Source: Nemertoderma westbladi (Eukaryota; Animalia; Xenacoelomorpha). From it: DNA of 62,703 nucleotides. The position numbers were made by a program, and so were the translations under genes. The stretch covers positions 1-62,703 of the forward strand of contig JAUCBJ010003505.1 in the NCBI GenBank assembly GCA_032718475.1, given 5' to 3'. The notes beneath the pieces were generated by a model. That model was given only the letters and a program-made list of their open reading frames with translations, was not told where the DNA came from and did not search any database. How positions within the stretch are numbered: position 1 is the first letter of the stretch; every line of letters starts with the position of its first letter. This document shows, one piece after another, positions 57,671 to 62,703 of the stretch.

Positions 57671-57979
57671 CTGCAACGTTCAATACAAATTTGTAATATT
57701 GACATTTATACTGTAAATGTCTTTATTGCATTATGAATTCATTAAAGAAGTCGTTAGTATCTTTGATAATACGTATTGGTAATGTTACAGTATTTGTATT
57801 TCCCGAGTTTAAATTCCTCGTATTATTTATGTTGAATTTATTTAAGATACGGTATATACTTAAAATTGCCTTTCCAAAATGTTAGTTTTCTCTTTATGCA
57901 AAGTTTAAAGATTTGTTTGATCTTTAACACCCGGGGTATATATAAGTTCCATTCAATAGATTTACATGAGTAATCCCAA

Positions 57980-58100
57980 ATTGGTCTATTGGTTAAATCC
58001 GTTGCCTCGAATTCACCGGAGGTCGCGGTTTCGATCCCCGCACGTTGGCCAGGGTAGTATTTGTTTCGGCACGATGCTTCAAAGAGACTAGGGACTGGCT
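57980..58100 (+). mobile_element. truncated tRNA-derived SINE
   Basis: ggaggtcgcggtttcgatcccc..ggccagggtagtatttgtttcggcacga resembles the other two SINE copies. Confidence 0.55.
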
Positions 58101-58222
58101 ACAGCTATATTTATTACCTACATTGTATAGTGTTTACAATGAGCAAGGAATAAGAATAGGGAAGATAATTTTAGGAATAAAATTACGTATTTCATGAAAA
58201 CAAATATTTATAATTTATTATT

Positions 58223-58929
58223 GGTGTTATGGGTGAATGAGTGGTTTCATATTATTATATCTTTTTGTTGGGAACAGCTTTTGCCAATTCGGCAATGACG
58301 TCCATGTGGGATCGAACTGGTGACCTCTGGGTTGGAAGTTTAACGCTCTAACCATTCAGCAAGCGGCTCAGGTAAAAGATAGACCTCGAACTACTGTATT
58401 ATCTGATACTTTGTACTGTATGTCCGCAATTTACCTACTCATGGCTTCCATCTGTCAATACCATCATATTGGCAGCATATTATGCTGCCACTGTGCTCAA
58501 CCATACATTACTTGGCCGTCTATAACCACTCGCTACAATGAAAGGTTGGTGTATATTAACCATTAACCATGAACCATCACGGCCACAATGATTAATTATA
58601 CACTCTAGCTACGTACTAATTTCATTGTAGCAGCGAGTGGTTAAAGACGGCCAAGTACTGTAGGGTTGAGCACAGTAGTGGCAGCATTTGATGATAATTG
58701 ACAGATGGCAGGCCATGAGGAGGTAAATTGCGGACATACAAGGTAACAGATAGTATTAGAAGGTCTATCTTTTACCTGAGCCGCTAGCTGAATGGTTAGA
58801 ACTTTAGACTACCAACCCAGAGGTCACCTGTTCAATCCCACCTGGACGACATTGCCGAATTGGCATAAGCTGTGCCCAACAAAAAGTTATAATAATGAAA
58901 ACAAATAGCTTTATTTCACGCATAACACC
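58223..58929. mobile_element. foldback element with ~310-bp diverged arms, each carrying a tRNA-like sequence
   Basis: Arms at ~58223-58543 and ~58619-58929. The right arm has an A-box tagctgaatgg and a B-box gttcaatcc. Confidence 0.75.
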
Positions 58930-60352
58930 TTGACTTATATCGGTCCGAGATGAGAAATATTAATGCGTTATTTGTTATATTTGAAGTAAATAATTAATAA
59001 ATTTCGCTACTTAAAGAAGTTCAGAAACTTTCAGGAAAACGTAAATAACACATTCATTAGCTCACACCGCTTCAATACACTTTATATACAGTACAATGTA
59101 AGATTATGTAGGCCTACATTTGTATTAATTATATTCTACAGTGTATTGGAACATTTTGTCCAGAGGGACTACGCCAAAAGTAGAACCATAAAAAATGCGC
59201 CGGTGGGTTCATATTGCACCCTATAAAATTTTATATTTTCCATAATGCTTTCATTCCTGTCCATCCATTGTTATGTTTCGCTGATGGAAGTATATATATT
59301 GTACAGTAGCACCACAACTACAATAATAAACAAAACTCCTTGGAGTTAATCGTCGGATTGGTTACGTACCATTTTTTATACGAAATGCCGTTGCAGAGAG
59401 AGCGAATAATAAAGAAATCACTTGAGTACCTATAAAGGACATCGTCATGGTTGCGGCTTCCAGGTGGTATAACCTTATGTTACAGTATAATTTAATTTTA
59501 TTATAATTATATTTTATTTTATGTTATTATATTTTAATTATCTAATGAATGCATTATAACCTATTATACAATAGCTGCACCGCCAATTATTTCACTGAAT
59601 AAAAGAAAATTAAATGATAACTAAATAATGATGAAGATTTAAATATAACAATTTTTATGTTAATAATTCTATACAATATTTATAATTATTGCCGGCTACA
59701 TGAAGTAATTATGTAATGTATTATGGTGGTGGGGATCGCTGCAATGCCATACAGTATCACCGACATCCTCGACTCCATGGGGAAGGAAGTATTATATCGA
59801 TTAATATTTAATTTAATACTTAATTAACTCAGCTTAACTTAACAAAACGTTATATAAGTGAGCGTTTTCTCAAACAAACAGACTGATGTCGCTTTACGTA
59901 ACATGTATCTACTACGGTACAAGGCTTATGTTGTAGTAGATACCTGCCAAAGTATCACCTCACCAAAGGATTACAAATAATAAAAAGGGAGAAGGTTTTA
60001 ATTGTCAAACATTCTGCCCTTAGCTGAAAATTATAGAACTGCAGAGTGGTTACAGTCCCCGCAAACCCGCACCCTAAGTTGTAGTTTATTTCTGCCAAGT
60101 ACCAACAAAAAAGGATTATAACCACGAAAATGGAGAAGGTTCAGGCATTTCGCCCCCTAGCGGCAGACTGGAAAGCTGCAGACTGTTCAGCGTCCTCTCA
60201 AACACACAGCCTCCTATGGGTAGGTATACATATCTGTCTGCATATCAGTTAGAGCAGACTCTTTGACCAGAAGCTCGAGTAAGATGCTATAAATATATAA
60301 TGAATCACGTAGTCATGTATAATTATTATAATTTTTATGATTTCATGGGGTA

Positions 60353-61707
60353 AGTGTTGAGAACTGAATCAATTTTGACTAATTTCAGTTACAGTTACAG
60401 TTTCAGTATTCAAAGTTTTGCATTTCAGTTACAGTTACAGTTTCAGTATTCAAAGTTTTGCATTTCAGTTACAGTTACAGTTTCAGTATTCAAAGTTTTG
60501 CATTTCAGTTACAGTTACAGTTTCAGTATTATAAAATTGAGCATTTCAGTTTCAGTTACAGTTTCAGTTATAGATTCAATATATATGATCTCATGTAGTA
60601 AGCAGTCATCTGAAACTAAAAATGAGGCACTTTAATATATTACTGTTATATACGCTAATAATAATGTTCATTACGAAACGTCCTCTTTCTAGAGCTAATA
60701 GGTAGTTGTTGTAGGAAAGTTGGACCCACTCTATGGTAATATTTTGTAATTAATATACTGATAGTATGTAATGAAAGTGGCACGTCACAAGATCACACTA
60801 AGCACCCACATTTTACTGTACATCTTGTTTCAGTGCTTGTACAGTACTGTTATCATTTATTGTTTTGGTTATAAAGCCATGCTTCTGAATCCTGCTCATT
60901 TTCCTTAATTCGTAATTTGTTTTAGTAATCATATATATGTATTGTTTTGGTTAGACCCACCTCGATAAGCTGCTCCTTTCACTTTTAAGTTTAATTTTGT
61001 AATTTATAATGGTAAACTTGATCAAAATTTAATTTCCATTGTGCCTCTAGTGTGATATCCCCTTTGATATTAATAGTACCGGTAACATTAATAATTAATA
61101 ATGTAAGATATATATCCGTTAATATCCCTCTACCATTAGGCCTAACTTTTCTTTGTTTATCTAAAACATTTACATTTAATATGAAGCAAAAGTGGTGATA
61201 AGGCTGATAATAGTCTAATAGCTGAGACAGATAAACATAGACTATATGCTACTGTAGATCTTCGTTCACTACTTGACTCGCCAAATAAATCACATTTGAG
61301 CTAAGTGGGCAATGGGTCTTTGATTTTATATTGTGTAATATTATGGTTTTGTTCAGAAGTGGAAAAAATTAGATTGTTTTTTTATAACAATGTTTTAAAA
61401 ATGATACCTATAGTAACCACTGTTATTCATTTATTAAACTATACAATACTCTATACTTTATTACAATACTGTTTTAAATGCTCATTCATGTTAATTGTGT
61501 GATTGAGAACTGAATCGGATTTTGTTAATTTCAGTTTCAGTTACAGTTACAGTATTCAAAATTCGTAATTACAGTTTCAGTTACAGTTACAGTATTCAAA
61601 ATTCGCAATTACAGTTACAGTTATAGTTACAGTATCAAAAAAATCATCAAAACCATTCAGTTACAGTTGCAGTTACAGTATAATTACAGTTACAGTTCTC
61701 AACACTA
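60353..61707. mobile_element. putative hAT-like non-autonomous element with 14-bp TIRs and CAGTTA subterminal arrays
   Basis: TIRs agtgttgagaactg and cagttctcaacact. 40-bp tandem units occur at ~60383-60570, with related repeats at ~61500-61700. Confidence 0.6.
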
Positions 61708-62304
61708 GCGTAAGATACAGTACCATAGTCCATAAGTAGATTATCATTATGCAAATAGGAAATATAATGTATGCACTGTATGCATAGCATAATCTATTTA
61801 TAGCACCGTATAATGAGAAATTATAAGTAGAAATGGGATGGATTTTCCCTCAAACCTCGTTCAACACAAACAGGCTTGTTCAATACAACAACAAACTTGC
61901 GTGATAGCGGGGAGTTGTATTATATTTAATAAATACTCTGAGGTATTTCCCACCATTACCATATATGGTGAAGTTTCGTCATATTTAGGTATTGAGGTAT
62001 TTCCCCACCATCCATATATGGAATGTTCGCAAAAATGTTTGGCAGCCTATTGGCAGGTGTAGTATATAAAGGGTAGCGTAATGAATATGTAATGCATACT
62101 GCATTTAATTAAGGAATCTGAACTCTTATTGTGTTGCGACTTATGTCTGAAGTTTAATTGTGTTGTAATTTTAGTACACAAGATACTGTGAAGGCCCTAT
62201 ACGTAAGTAAAGGCTATATTATGATAAAAAATATCTGATTAGGGACGTAACCTACTAACTCCGTACGTAATAAATAAGTAGTTACTGTATCCTACCTACA
62301 TAAT

Positions 62305-62345
62305 GGCGGGTGGTAGCTCAGTTGGTTGAGCGCTGGGCCTGTAAT
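62305..62345 (+). pseudogene. tRNA-like 5' half (SINE head or tRNA relic)
   Basis: ggtagctcagttggttgagcgctgggcctgtaa, with no T-arm or acceptor stem. Confidence 0.4.
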
Positions 62346-62703
62346 CTATTGGTTTTAGCACTTTCATACCATATGTTCGATAAAATGAGGACCAGTTGAG
62401 TAAACTTTGGTATAGGAGTAGCGCCCTCCGGCTTCGGCCGAATGTTTGTTTATTTTTTCGTTTATCTTATTTTTTTGTGATCTGGGTTGCGCGATTCATA
62501 CATAGTAACCGATATTATACCTTACAACTGTCTATAAACAATAATAAATACGTACTCCTCCTTTTGAGCTTTGGGCTGCATCATATGGCCGATCTGTACC
62601 AGTTCACTGTAAACATTGGGATACCTAGCCAGCTGAGCTGTGTAGTTAAAGTCTGTAAAAGCCTTTGCTGAATTGCCCCGTTATTTTTATTATCTTTTAC
62701 ATT

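Noticed and set aside
58778-58850. Functional tRNA gene
   Set aside because: The acceptor and T stems pair poorly, and it is part of a repeated foldback arm.

Overview
This is AT-rich animal (probably invertebrate) genomic DNA with GT-AG spliceosomal introns, not a prokaryotic locus. Host genes: the last three exons of a syntaxin-7/12-like Qa-SNARE; a complete 4-exon Dbx homeobox gene; an intronless 1510-aa TBC-like/C2-like gene (minus strand); a complete 6-exon TSPAN3-like tetraspanin; an intronless PLAA/Doa1; and an isolated EGF exon. Mobile DNA is abundant. It includes an apparently full-length CRE-like non-LTR retrotransposon (restriction-like endonuclease, RLE) inside a (GTACTG)n microsatellite, a 5'-truncated CRE-like copy with a 15-bp TSD, RTE/CR1-type LINE relics, tRNA-derived SINEs, Penelope-like remnants and many MITE/foldback elements. 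Two things stand out. (1) Two multi-kb intronic minisatellites are amplified copies of their own gene's splice site: about 100 donor units in Dbx intron 3 and about 90 acceptor units in the last tetraspanin intron. (2) The CRE-like element's RT core is split by an in-frame ~440-aa Pro-rich repeat, and it has a 45-nt intron-like sequence just before its ATG. All calls come from reading and hand translation. No searches were run, and copy numbers are estimates.
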